From contig JAJZJL010000001.1 in NCBI GenBank assembly GCA_021810145.1, forward strand, positions 23,045 through 87,044: DNA of 64,000 bases, given 5' to 3'. This document shows, piece after piece, positions 29,445 to 39,375 of the stretch (the first letter of the stretch is position 1; every line of letters starts with the position of its first letter). A program made the translations under genes and the position numbers. Source of the DNA: Planctomycetota bacterium (GTDB taxonomy: Bacteria; Planctomycetota; Phycisphaerae; WQYP01). Under the pieces are notes generated by a model, which was not told the DNA's origin, ran no database searches, and saw nothing but the letters and a program-made list of their open reading frames with translations.

Positions 29445-29641
29445 TGACACACCTTTTCCATTCAAAGCCAAAATAAGCCCTCCACACGAAAAGCCCCGAA
29501 AACCGGCGCCTACGTGGAAAAGTAACGCCTCAAAATAACCTCGCATCCGCGTTGGAGTTGCCATTGCCTGAGGCACAAAGGCACTCCAAGCGGTTTATTT
29601 TAGTGAATCGCAGGGATTCCGCCAAGCGATTTATTCCCATA

Positions 29642-30037
29642 TCATGATTTTTCTTTTCCACGATAAATACATCGACTGGTACAGGTTTCGTGAACCGTAA
29701 TTTGCGCCATTTGCGGCAGCCGGTCTTTCAAGCGTATCCATATCCAGCGAGCGAGGTTCTCACTGGTGGGATTTTCCAGACCCGGAATGTCGTTAAGATA
29801 GCGGTGATCCAACTGATCCATCAACGGGGCAAAGGCCTGCTGCACGTCCGCAAAATCCATTAACCACCCCAATTCGGGATTTACCGGACCCGCAACATGC
29901 ACTTCAATGCGAAAGGAGTGCCCATGCAAACGGGCACACTTATGATCAGCCGGTACGCGCGGCAGCCGATGAGCGGCCTCAAAACGGAACTCCTTCACCA
30001 GATCAATTTCAAAACTTTGGGACTTCTTCTTTTCCAT
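29642..30037 (-). CDS. queD: 6-carboxytetrahydropterin synthase
   Basis: FEAAHRLP, CARLHGHS, LDHRYLN, ENPTSENLA, VHET. Confidence 0.95.
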   Translation of the reverse strand: MEKKKSQSFEIDLVKEFRFEAAHRLPRVPADHKCARLHGHSFRIEVHVAGPVNPELGWLMDFADVQQAFAPLMDQLDHRYLNDIPGLENPTSENLARWIWIRLKDRLPQMAQITVHETCTSRCIYRGKEKS

Positions 30038-30300
30038 AATCAGAGTTTACCGGAAAATGTCCGCAGGCCAAGCGCTGGAGTCTGTGAACCCTGCAGACCG
30101 GCGGACGCAGCCTCATGGCGTACCCGCACGCCCGCTTTTGCATGTGCACGGCGGGCGTCATACCGCCGTGGCGGACATCGGTTGCCCGAAATCCTCCAGA
30201 AAAAGGAAAATCGACAGGGTTGAATTTTCTCTCTAATCATGGTAGAGCCTGTAAATGGAGAACCGGCAAAGATGTAATATTGCCAATATGAAGGTTTTAG

Positions 30301-31566
30301 ATGGGAAAAAAAATGCCGCAGCTTCCAGTACATTTAAAAGTTCCGACTACCACTGTTGCGCCAGCAACCGCGCCGGCCAAGCATCATTCGCTGGGGAGCC
30401 TGCTGACCCATCTGACCAGTCAAATTCGGCTTGGAGATTTAATCAGTCAGAATCATTATTACAATTGGATTATTCTTCTGGCGTGCATTTTTATCGGAGT
30501 TGCCGCCGGACGCCTTGCGGCGTTCGCGTTACAGCGCGCCGGCAAGTCACTGGAATCACGTCGTTGGCATTTCCAGTCGCTGCTGATCGCGGGTGCGGCA
30601 GGGCCGGGCAATCTCTTCCTGTTCACCGTATTTCTCCTGACGGGACTGGGCCAACTGCACATGGCCCCGACGCTGCGGGAAATATGTGGAAGAGCCATTT
30701 TACTATTGTCGGCGGTGGTGTTTTTCTGGTACCTGTTTAATATTGTCAGCACGGTTGAATTAACGCTTAAGAAATTCATCGCCAAGCATGATACGCCGCT
30801 GACCGAGCAGATTGTTCCAATTGTGCGTAAAACACTGCGCTTATTTGTGGCCATCATCGGCTTTCTGTTTATTATGCAGGACGTGTTCGGCCGCGACATC
30901 GGTTCATGGTTGGCCGGACTGGGCATAGCAGGCTTGGCGGTATCCCTGGCCGCGCAGGACTCATTGAAGAACTTCTTCGGCTCCATTACCCTGCTGCTGG
31001 ATCGGCCATACGTCGTCGGCCAATGGATTACGTATCAGGGTTTTAGCGGCACGGTGGAGGCAATCGGATTTCGCTCCACACGGTTACGGATGTTCGACGG
31101 AACGCTGGTAACCGTCCCCAATTCGGATATTGTCAACGGCAGTGTGCAAAATTATTCTCTGCGGCCTTATATCCGCCGGCAACTGAATATCACCCTGACG
31201 TATGACACCTCGCCAACCAAAATGCGCGAGGCGGTAAAGATAATCAAGGATCTGCTGAATTCACCGGAGTTTCGCGATAATGTACATGATGCGGTGAATC
31301 CCGAGGTATTTCCTCCGCGTGTGCACTTCAGCGACTTCAACGCCGATTCACTGAATATCCAGGTATTTTACTACTACCGTCCCGCCACTGATTACTGGGG
31401 ATATATGGCTTACACGGAACGCTTTAACCTCGCCTTGATGCAGGCGTATGAACAGGCGGGAATTGAATTTGCATACCCCACGCGGACGCTGTACCTCGCA
31501 GGGGATCCAAAGCGAAAGTTACCGCTTTTCTTGAATAATGAGGCGACACCCGAACATGATTCATGA
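30301..31566 (+). CDS. Mechanosensitive channel, MscS family
   Basis: LAGLGIAGLAVSLAAQDSLKNFFGS, GTVEAIGFRSTR, VPNS, GIEFAYPT. Confidence 0.92.
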   Translation: MGKKMPQLPVHLKVPTTTVAPATAPAKHHSLGSLLTHLTSQIRLGDLISQNHYYNWIILLACIFIGVAAGRLAAFALQRAGKSLESRRWHFQSLLIAGAAGPGNLFLFTVFLLTGLGQLHMAPTLREICGRAILLLSAVVFFWYLFNIVSTVELTLKKFIAKHDTPLTEQIVPIVRKTLRLFVAIIGFLFIMQDVFGRDIGSWLAGLGIAGLAVSLAAQDSLKNFFGSITLLLDRPYVVGQWITYQGFSGTVEAIGFRSTRLRMFDGTLVTVPNSDIVNGSVQNYSLRPYIRRQLNITLTYDTSPTKMREAVKIIKDLLNSPEFRDNVHDAVNPEVFPPRVHFSDFNADSLNIQVFYYYRPATDYWGYMAYTERFNLALMQAYEQAGIEFAYPTRTLYLAGDPKRKLPLFLNNEATPEHDS

Positions 31567-32458
31567 CCGCAGTCATATTGACACCGAGAAATTCAATCCT
31601 GATTCAGCGCAGCTTGATGCCCTGCCCGTGCTGGATGCCGTGCGACTGATGAATCAGGAAGATCAGCGGGCGGTTGCCGCGGTGGGCCAACAGGCGGATA
31701 CTATCGCCCGGGCGGTTGAACTGGTGGCCAGCGCGTTTTGCTCCGGCGGCCGGCTCATTTATGTCGGGGCGGGCACCAGTGGTCGTTTGGGCATATTGGA
31801 TGCGGCGGAATGTCCGCCAACATTCTCCACCGATCCGGGGATGGTGATCGGCATTATCGCCGGCGGTTCAGCCGCCATACAGCGTTCCATTGAAAATGTC
31901 GAAGATGATTCAGAAGCCGGAGCGCGGGCTTTGCGCGATATTCACATCGGCAATCACGATGTGGTCGTGGGAATCGCCGCCGGCGGCACCACACCCTTTG
32001 TTCACGGCGCGATTGCCGAAGCCCGCACATGTGGGGCAAAGACGATTTTTCTCGCCTGTACCCGACGCGAACACATCACCACGGATGCCGATATGTTTAT
32101 CTGTATCGAAACCGGCCCGGAAATTCTCACCGGTTCAACCCGCCTGAAAGCCGGCACCGCCACCAAACTGGTTCTTAATACCATCAGCACTCTGGCGATG
32201 ACGCGCATCGGAAAAGTCTATGGTAATATTATGGTGGACGTGGACTGCCTGAAAAACAGTAAGCTTATTGATCGTGCGGTACGCATTATCATGCGTATTA
32301 CCGGTATCAATCGCACCGACGCCACTGAATTACTGCAGCAGTCCCGGGGGAACGTGAAGCGTGCTGTCGTCATGCGCGTGCGGCACTGCGACGCGGCAAC
32401 CGCCGATCAATTGTTGACCGCATCAGAAGGCCAACTCCGCCAGATTATCGGGACATGA
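31556..32458 (+). CDS. murQ: N-acetylmuramic acid 6-phosphate etherase
   Basis: YVGAGTSGRLGILDAAECPPTF, TGPEILTGSTRLKAGTATK. Confidence 0.95.
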   Translation: MIHDRSHIDTEKFNPDSAQLDALPVLDAVRLMNQEDQRAVAAVGQQADTIARAVELVASAFCSGGRLIYVGAGTSGRLGILDAAECPPTFSTDPGMVIGIIAGGSAAIQRSIENVEDDSEAGARALRDIHIGNHDVVVGIAAGGTTPFVHGAIAEARTCGAKTIFLACTRREHITTDADMFICIETGPEILTGSTRLKAGTATKLVLNTISTLAMTRIGKVYGNIMVDVDCLKNSKLIDRAVRIIMRITGINRTDATELLQQSRGNVKRAVVMRVRHCDAATADQLLTASEGQLRQIIGT

Positions 32459-32539
32459 TCCCACATCTGATCAACGCCCCGCACGCTTCGCATCGCAATT
32501 ATCCGAAAAAAAAAATTCTTTTTTTTCCTGTCCATGGGG

Positions 32540-32682
32540 TTGACATGCGTCGGTAATTTTATTAAAAGCGGTTTAAGGACAACCATGCGACGAAGATTCG
32601 TCGTGGTGAATCGCGAAATATATATTTCGCGATTGCTGCGCAGGCGGTGTGGCGAATAGCACCGACTTTCCGGTTGTCCCCA
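32540..32682 (+). promoter_or_regulatory. ect operon promoter and structured 5' leader
   Basis: TTGACA-17-TAAAAG preceded by A/T tracts; multi-stem element closed by GGACAACC/GGTTGTCC. Confidence 0.6.
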
Positions 32683-32807
32683 AAAAATAAGAAAAGGCAG
32701 GATCCTCGGTACGGGATCATGTTATTGTTGCGGCGATTCGCATTTTGCCATCGCTGTATCGTTATTGCGTTTTTTCGAGTTGCTGCTGTGGAGGCGATTT
32801 GAACATC

Positions 32808-33377
32808 ATGGAATTAGTTCCCCCCGCAACCAATGCTCAACTGCGCCATGGCGCGGCGGTCGTACGCCGGCCGCTGCTGACCGACGCCGCCGCCATTCAC
32901 GGGCTTGTTGAGGACTCCGAAACGCTGGATATGAACTCCCGATATTTGTATCTGCTGTTATGCCGTGATTTTGCGCTGACAAGTCGCGTAGCGGAAATAA
33001 ATGGCGAGGTAATCGGATTTGTCACGGCGTATATTCCACCGGATCAGCCGAATGTGCTGTTTATCTGGCAGATCGCCGTTGCTCCAAGCCATCGCGGATG
33101 CGGCGTAGCAATGCGGATGCTGACGGATTTGCTGGCTGGCCTGCCGGAATCGCAGTCATTTACAATTGAGGCAACCATCACACCATCCAATATCGCGTCG
33201 CAGAATGTTTTTAAATCTCTGGCCCGCAGACTGGGCTGTGAGATACGGTCCGGTGACGGCTTTAATGAAGCATTATTCGCACCGGAGGCGCATGAAGCGG
33301 AACGCATGTTTTACATCGGACCGCTGGTAATCGGACCGGATAAATTGGGTGTACAAAAGAAGGAAGTAAAACCATGA
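32808..33377 (+). CDS. ectA: Diaminobutyrate acetyltransferase
   Basis: LDMNSRYLYLLLC.DFA.TS.VAE, LFIWQIAV...RG.G, EATITPSN.AS. Confidence 0.95.
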   Translation: MELVPPATNAQLRHGAAVVRRPLLTDAAAIHGLVEDSETLDMNSRYLYLLLCRDFALTSRVAEINGEVIGFVTAYIPPDQPNVLFIWQIAVAPSHRGCGVAMRMLTDLLAGLPESQSFTIEATITPSNIASQNVFKSLARRLGCEIRSGDGFNEALFAPEAHEAERMFYIGPLVIGPDKLGVQKKEVKP

Positions 33378-34690
33378 CAACTATTTTTGATTCACATGAG
33401 TCCAAGGTTCGCAGCTATTGCCGTGCGTTTCCCGCCGTTTTTAAAAACGCCGTTGGCGCAGAACTCTTTGATGAGTCCGGCCGGCGTTACATTGACTTTT
33501 TCGCCGGTGCCGGAACGCTCAATTATGGACACAACAATCCGTTGATCAAGCGACGAATACTGGATTACATCCAACAAGACGGCATCATTCACGGCCTGGA
33601 TCTGCATACAACCGCCAAGCGGGCATTTCTGGAAACGTTTGAAAATATTATTCTTCGTCCGCGCCATCTGAATTATAAAATTCAGTTTCCCGGCCCCACC
33701 GGCACCAACGCCGTGGAAGCCGCGATGAAATTAGCCCGTAAAGTGACCGGGCGCAATGGAATTGTCGCCTTTACCAATGGCTATCACGGCATGACGGCCG
33801 GCGCGCTGGCCGCAACCGGTAACACCTATCATCGGCAAGTCAGTGGCAGCCTGCTCAATGGCGTGACATTCGCTCCCTACGACGGATACTTTGGTCCCGA
33901 TGTTGATACGATCCAGTATCTGCGCAAACTCATCGAAGATGACAGCAGCGGCCTTGATAAGCCGGCCGCGGTCTTATTGGAAACGGTTCAGGGTGAAGGC
34001 GGCGTGAATGTTGCATCGTTCAAATGGCTGCAGCAGATTGAATCGCTGTGCCGGGAACATGACATTCTGCTGATTGTTGATGACATTCAGGCCGGCTGCG
34101 GCCGCACCGGCACTTTCTTCAGCTTCAAGCCAGCCGGCATCACACCTGATATTGTTACATTATCCAAGTCCATCGGCGCTTATGGTCTGCCGATGTCTCT
34201 GGTGCTGATGAAACCGGAGTTGGATTGCTGGGAGCCTGGCGAGCACAACGGCACGTTTCGAGGCAATAATCTGGCATTTGTTGCCGCTACTGAAGCCATC
34301 CGCATCTATTGGACGGATAACACGCTGAGTCTGGCCATTCAACATAAAGCCCATTTGTTGCGGCGACGGCTTCGGAAACTCTGCGATGAATTTCCCGCCC
34401 ATGGCTTGACGGTGCGCGGTAGAGGATTGTTTGTCGGCATGGCCTTTGAACAATTTCCGCAGCTCGCCCGGCAGGTTTCGGCGGAAGCATTCCAACGTGG
34501 CGTGATTCTTGAAACCTGCGGTGCCCGCGATCAGGTTATTAAATTCCTGCCGCCACTGATCATTGAAGAAACCATGCTCGATGAAGGCCTGGAGGTTATC
34601 TCAGATTCACTGCGCACGGTTATGCAACAGGCAAATAACAACCCCGCCGGCGGGTTGCCGGATTCCATAGCACAGGAGGTTCATCCATGA
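33374..34690 (+). CDS. ectB: Diaminobutyrate-2-oxoglutarate transaminase
   Basis: ESKVRSYCRAFP, GPTGTNAVEAA, DDIQAGCGRTG, LSKS, WEPGEHNGTFRGNN. Confidence 0.97.
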   Translation: MTTIFDSHESKVRSYCRAFPAVFKNAVGAELFDESGRRYIDFFAGAGTLNYGHNNPLIKRRILDYIQQDGIIHGLDLHTTAKRAFLETFENIILRPRHLNYKIQFPGPTGTNAVEAAMKLARKVTGRNGIVAFTNGYHGMTAGALAATGNTYHRQVSGSLLNGVTFAPYDGYFGPDVDTIQYLRKLIEDDSSGLDKPAAVLLETVQGEGGVNVASFKWLQQIESLCREHDILLIVDDIQAGCGRTGTFFSFKPAGITPDIVTLSKSIGAYGLPMSLVLMKPELDCWEPGEHNGTFRGNNLAFVAATEAIRIYWTDNTLSLAIQHKAHLLRRRLRKLCDEFPAHGLTVRGRGLFVGMAFEQFPQLARQVSAEAFQRGVILETCGARDQVIKFLPPLIIEETMLDEGLEVISDSLRTVMQQANNNPAGGLPDSIAQEVHP

Positions 34691-35082
34691 TTGTTCGCAC
34701 CTTAGAGGAAATTATCGACAGCCCCCGTGATACCAAGGCTCCGACATGGTGCAGCCGCCGGTTGCTGCTGAAATCGGATGGTGTCGGCTTTTCCCTGCAC
34801 GACACGCTGATTTACGCCGGAACCGAAACACTTATCTGGTACCGGAACCACATTGAAGCGGTCTATTGCATTGAAGGCACCGGAGAGGTTGAAGTGACCG
34901 ACACTGGAACGATCTATCCGATCCGCGCCGGCACACTCTATACGCTCAACGGCCATGAGCGCCATCTGCTTCGGGCAAAAACCCAGATGCGCATGATCTG
35001 CGTATTTAATCCGCCGCTGACCGGCAATGAAGTCCATGATAAGCAGGGTGTATATCCACTGGAAACCGTGGACGCATCGTAG
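34687..35082 (+). CDS. ectC: Ectoine synthase
   Basis: MIVR, SRRLLL..DG.GFS.H.T, WYRNHIEAVYC, CVFNPPLTG.EVHD..GVYP. Confidence 0.97.
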   Translation: MIVRTLEEIIDSPRDTKAPTWCSRRLLLKSDGVGFSLHDTLIYAGTETLIWYRNHIEAVYCIEGTGEVEVTDTGTIYPIRAGTLYTLNGHERHLLRAKTQMRMICVFNPPLTGNEVHDKQGVYPLETVDAS

Positions 35083-35134
35083 CGTCCGGGATCGGCGGAG
35101 ACTTCATCACACACTTTTTTCAGGAGACACCAGC

Positions 35135-36052
35135 ATGCAAGTACTTGAAGATATCTATCCTTCCCGCGTTTATGACCAGCCACGTATTACCTTGCGGCGC
35201 GATCCGGTTGTCTGGGCTGAAAGCAGCCGCGCGACAGCCGGCCCGCTGAGCGATCAGCAGATTGCGGAGTTCGTGGAGCGCGGCCACCTGTTTTTACCCG
35301 AGTTGTTCGATGCCGCGGAGGTCAAGCTCCTGCTGGATGACATCACGGCGCTCGGAAAGGACCGGGAAATTCAGCAAAGCCCGGCCTGCATTTACGAACC
35401 CTCACATGGCATTGTTCGCTCTCTGTTTAATATTCACAGCGTCAGCGATCTTTTTAACCGTCTGGTTGCCGACCGGCGGATAGCCACGGCGGCAATGCAG
35501 ATTTTGGGATCCGGTGTTTACATTCATCAATCACGTGTAAATCTGAAGCCCGGATTTCATGGAGAACAGTTTTACTGGCATTCTGATTTTGAAACCTGGC
35601 ACGTTGAGGACGGCATGCCACGCATGCGGGCGATCAGTTGTTCCATCCTTCTGACCGACAACAACCCATTTAACGGCCCGTTAATGATTGTTCCCGGTTC
35701 ACACACCAAGTTTGTCAGTTGCGTTGGAAAAACGCCGGAGGAACACTATAAGCAGTCGCTGCGCAAGCAGGAGTACGGGGTGCCGGATACCGACAGTCTG
35801 ACACAATTGGTCAAAGACGGGGGAATTGTGGCTCCAGTCGGAAAGGCCGGATCGGTGCTGTTTTTTGACTGCAATGTCATGCACGGCTCGTCCGGTAACA
35901 TCAGCCCATGGCCGCGGAGCAATATGTTTTGTGTTTATAACAGCGTGGAAAACACTCTGGTGGAACCCTATGGCGGCACCGCCCCACGGCCGGAGTTTAT
36001 CGCGGCGCGGCGGATTAAACCCGTGGTGCCGGTGGATTGTTTTCATTCCTGA
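35135..36052 (+). CDS. ectD: Ectoine hydroxylase
   Basis: EctD signature FYWHSDFETWHVEDGMP; DIYPSR; FDCNVMHGS. Confidence 0.97.
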   Translation: MQVLEDIYPSRVYDQPRITLRRDPVVWAESSRATAGPLSDQQIAEFVERGHLFLPELFDAAEVKLLLDDITALGKDREIQQSPACIYEPSHGIVRSLFNIHSVSDLFNRLVADRRIATAAMQILGSGVYIHQSRVNLKPGFHGEQFYWHSDFETWHVEDGMPRMRAISCSILLTDNNPFNGPLMIVPGSHTKFVSCVGKTPEEHYKQSLRKQEYGVPDTDSLTQLVKDGGIVAPVGKAGSVLFFDCNVMHGSSGNISPWPRSNMFCVYNSVENTLVEPYGGTAPRPEFIAARRIKPVVPVDCFHS

Positions 36053-36087
36053 TGTAATCGCGATTGGCTGCGGGAAGGAAGTAATGC

Positions 36088-36990
36088 ATGACACGCCAGC
36101 AAAAGCTTAATGCGGTAATAGCCGTTTTCGGCATTGTCGCAACCATTGTGATCGTGCAGATTCTGCACCACGGTGTCAATCGTGCTCGCGCGGGAAGTCT
36201 GCTGGCACAATTGAGGAAACAGGGCTATGTCCGGGTGGGTTTTGCGGATGAAGCGCCGTATGCTTATATCGATTCCAACACCGGAAAACTCACCGGGGAA
36301 TCCCCGACGGATCTGCGTTATGTGATGAAAAAGCTGGGTGTCCCACATCTGAAGGGTGTGTTGACAAATTTTGGATCGCTGATTCCAGGATTGGAAGCGC
36401 ATCGATTTGATATTATTGCCGCCGGCATGTATATCACCGCTCCACGGGCACAACAGGTATTGTTCTCGAACCCGACTTTTGCAATGGGCGACGGTTTTGC
36501 GGTGAAAAGGAACAACCCGCTGAAATTGCATAGTTTTGCGGATGTTGCCAAAAATCATCATACCCGCCTGGGCGTGGTATCAGGAGCGCAGGAATATCAA
36601 TACGCCATTGAATCCGGCGTAACACCCGCTCAGATACGCGTATTTCCATCCGCCCCCACCGCATTGGCAGCCCTGCAGGCCGGAAGAATCGACGCGTACG
36701 CCGGAACGGCATTAACGGTTCGCCGTCTGGTCAAGCTGGCCAACGATCCAAATATCACGGTCGCCCGACCATTCACCAATCCGATCGTCAACGGGCACAT
36801 TGTCCAGGGGTATGGGGCCTTTGCTTTGCGTAAACGTGATACCACCCTGTGCCGGGATGTGGACAAAGTTCTTAAACAATTTGTTAACTCATCGCAACAT
36901 CTGAAATTAATTCAGCGATTCGGCTTTACCAGATCCAATTTACCTGGAGGCGTCACAGAACAGGACATCGTCCAGGGCCGGGTGAAATAA
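36088..36990 (+). CDS. ehuB: Ectoine/hydroxyectoine ABC transporter substrate-binding protein
   Basis: GFADEAPYAY, LTGE.P, FGSLIPGL...RFD..AAGMYI...R...V.FS.P; operon context. Confidence 0.88.
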   Translation: MTRQQKLNAVIAVFGIVATIVIVQILHHGVNRARAGSLLAQLRKQGYVRVGFADEAPYAYIDSNTGKLTGESPTDLRYVMKKLGVPHLKGVLTNFGSLIPGLEAHRFDIIAAGMYITAPRAQQVLFSNPTFAMGDGFAVKRNNPLKLHSFADVAKNHHTRLGVVSGAQEYQYAIESGVTPAQIRVFPSAPTALAALQAGRIDAYAGTALTVRRLVKLANDPNITVARPFTNPIVNGHIVQGYGAFALRKRDTTLCRDVDKVLKQFVNSSQHLKLIQRFGFTRSNLPGGVTEQDIVQGRVK

Positions 36991-37014
36991 CGTCGATATC
37001 ACGAGGCGAAATGC

Positions 37015-37665
37015 ATGCTGCACATCCTGCCCACATTGCTCCGCGGTGCTGTGGTTACCGGGGAAGTTACCCTCGGTGCGATAGTCGTGGCCAGCGTGTC
37101 GTCATCCTGTGCCGTCGCCATGCGACTCAGCGGCCTGTCGGCCCTGGATTGGCCGGCCCGTGTGTATATTGAAGTATTTCGCGGCACCTCCGCATTGATT
37201 CAGCTTTTCTGGGCATTTTACGCGCTGCCCCTGGTCTTACCGTTTCGACCGACGCCCATGACGGCAGCCATTGCGGTGCTTGGGCTTAATGGCGGAGCCT
37301 ATGGGGCCGAGATTCTGCGCGGAGCCATACTTGCTGTGCCCAAAGGGCAACAGGATGCCGCCATCGCCCTGAATTTTTCTCCGGCCACCCGGATGTTCCG
37401 CATCATACTGCCGCAGGCGTTGCCGTTGATTATTCCGCCATTGGCCAATTTATTCATTGACATGTTGAAAAACAGCGCGCTGGCCGGACTCGTTCAAGTA
37501 ACGGATATTACATTTCAATCACAAATTCTCCAGGAATCAACGCTGCGAAATGCCGAGGTATACGGTCTGGCACTGATTATCTATTTTGCCATGGCTCTGA
37601 TCCTGGCGGGCGTTATGCGATTTCTGGAACGCTGCTTCAAATTCCCGCTTGGAGCGCGCGTATGA
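37015..37665 (+). CDS. ehuC: Ectoine ABC transporter permease
   Basis: YIEVFRGTSALIQLFW, GAYGAEILRGAI.AVP.GQ. Confidence 0.88.
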   Translation: MLHILPTLLRGAVVTGEVTLGAIVVASVSSSCAVAMRLSGLSALDWPARVYIEVFRGTSALIQLFWAFYALPLVLPFRPTPMTAAIAVLGLNGGAYGAEILRGAILAVPKGQQDAAIALNFSPATRMFRIILPQALPLIIPPLANLFIDMLKNSALAGLVQVTDITFQSQILQESTLRNAEVYGLALIIYFAMALILAGVMRFLERCFKFPLGARV

Positions 37666-38318
37666 CATGGAACTGGACGCTCGTCTGGCATATTCTGCCC
37701 ATGATCCTGCGAGGCACGGTCATCACTGTTGAAGCCACCGTATTGGGTATGCTGCTGGCACTGCTGCTTGGACTGATCTGGGCAGGACTGCTGTTTTTGC
37801 CCAATCGCTTCATTTTCTGGCTGGTGCGATTGATCATAGAGTTTATTCGCGACACCCCACTGCTGATTCAATTATTCTTCTGCTATTACGTGCTGCCGGA
37901 AATCGGTGTCACAATACCGGCGCTTGTTACTGGAATCACCGTGCTCGGAATTAACTACAGCGCCTATACCGCGGAAGTTTATCGCGCAGGATTGCAAAAT
38001 ATTCCCGTCGGTCAGTGGAATGCAGCCAAGGCCCTTAATTTCACGCCATGGCAAACGTTTATACGGATTATCGTGCCGCAAGCCCTGCCCCCCATTGTTC
38101 CCGCCATGGGTAACAACCTCATTGCAATGTTTAAAGACACCCCGCTGCTTTCCACCATCACCGTCATGGAAATGCTCAATAGGGCCATGATTATCGGGGA
38201 TAAGTCGTTCCATTACCTTGAGCCATTAACCTTGGTCGGGGTCTTATTTCTGCTTATGAGCCTGCTGGCGTCCGGGTTGATTGGTATTACGCAGCGGAAA
38301 CTTCTGGTGCGGCGTTAA
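37662..38318 (+). CDS. ehuD: Ectoine ABC transporter permease
   Basis: MTWNW, EFIRDTPLLIQL, YTAEVYRAG, MFKDTPLLS. Confidence 0.88.
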   Translation: MTWNWTLVWHILPMILRGTVITVEATVLGMLLALLLGLIWAGLLFLPNRFIFWLVRLIIEFIRDTPLLIQLFFCYYVLPEIGVTIPALVTGITVLGINYSAYTAEVYRAGLQNIPVGQWNAAKALNFTPWQTFIRIIVPQALPPIVPAMGNNLIAMFKDTPLLSTITVMEMLNRAMIIGDKSFHYLEPLTLVGVLFLLMSLLASGLIGITQRKLLVRR

Positions 38319-38352
38319 CGGCATAATCGAATCGAATCAGGAAAACGGCAAT

Positions 38353-39132
38353 ATGAACAATGACCCGAGCATCGAATTTATTAATATCCGCAAGTCATAC
38401 GGCACAAACACCGTTCTCGACGGACTGAATATGACCGTTTCCGCCAGAGAGCACGTGGTAATCATCGGCCCGAGCGGATCGGGAAAATCGACTATTCTCA
38501 AACTGTTAATGACATTGGAAAAACCGGACAGCGGCGAGATAATCATTGACGGCGAAAACCTGTGGCACCCCGCACGTGGGGGTCAAAACAGCGAAGCCGA
38601 TCCGGCCCACCTTCGACATATGAGAAGCAAAGTGGGGATGGTATTTCAGCATTTCAATCTATTTCCTCATTTGCGCGTGCTGCAGAACATCACTGAAGCG
38701 CCGGTTCGGGTTCTGGCCGTGCCGCGTGCGGAAGCGAACCAGCACGCCAGGGAATTGCTGGATCGCGTTGGTCTGGCGGATAAATATAACGCGTGGCCCG
38801 CGGAACTTTCCGGAGGGCAAAAACAGCGCGTCGCAATTGCCCGCGCGCTGGCGTTGCAGCCCCGCATCATGCTGTTTGATGAGATTACCTCGGCTCTGGA
38901 TCCGGAAATTGCCAGTCAGGTTCTGCAACTGGTATTGGATCTTGCCAGGCAAACGGATATGACCATGTTGTTTGTCACGCATCAGATGCACTTCGCCCGA
39001 CAGGTTGCCGACCGCGTTGTATTTTTTGATCAAGGAAAAATTGTGGAACAGGGCACCGCCAACCAGGTGCTGGAAAATCCAGCCCAGGCGCGCACCCGTG
39101 AATTTCTCAGCAACATTCTCATGGCGTCGTAA
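38353..39132 (+). CDS. ehuA: Ectoine ABC transporter ATP-binding protein
   Basis: GPSGSGKST, LMTLE, LSGGQKQRVAIARALA, LFDEITSALDPE. Confidence 0.88.
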   Translation: MNNDPSIEFINIRKSYGTNTVLDGLNMTVSAREHVVIIGPSGSGKSTILKLLMTLEKPDSGEIIIDGENLWHPARGGQNSEADPAHLRHMRSKVGMVFQHFNLFPHLRVLQNITEAPVRVLAVPRAEANQHARELLDRVGLADKYNAWPAELSGGQKQRVAIARALALQPRIMLFDEITSALDPEIASQVLQLVLDLARQTDMTMLFVTHQMHFARQVADRVVFFDQGKIVEQGTANQVLENPAQARTREFLSNILMAS

Positions 39133-39331
39133 TAATCAATTCCCACATCTCGTTCTGATGAAGCCAGATTACGTCGGCATTCTGACGGATGAATTCGTCA
39201 TGGACGGCGTGATTTTCGACTGATGAACGCCTGATCCGCCTCTTTCTCTTTGCTGACGGATTCGGCCGATTGGCATCGTTACCGCTTTTTACCGATGAGC
39301 TGTTCCGCGGACGCACGCTTTGATTGGCCAT
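39119..39331 (-). CDS. Small hypothetical protein (70 aa)
   Basis: GGAGG RBS 6 nt before ATG 39331; basic N-terminal half and ordered-looking C-terminus EFIRQNADVIWLHQNEMWE. Confidence 0.45.
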   Translation of the reverse strand: MANQSVRPRNSSSVKSGNDANRPNPSAKRKRRIRRSSVENHAVHDEFIRQNADVIWLHQNEMWELIITTP

Positions 39332-39375
39332 GATAATCCTCCATGACGAGATACGGGCAACCCCGCATGACAAAC

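Noticed and set aside
32577..32682. ect leader as a tRNA(His)-like gene (G-1:C pair followed by CCA) or a c-di-AMP riboswitch
   Set aside because: No D-loop GG, no TTCRA T-loop next to the acceptor stem and no 7-nt anticodon loop. Only GGTGAATC resembles ydaO; the other conserved blocks are absent.
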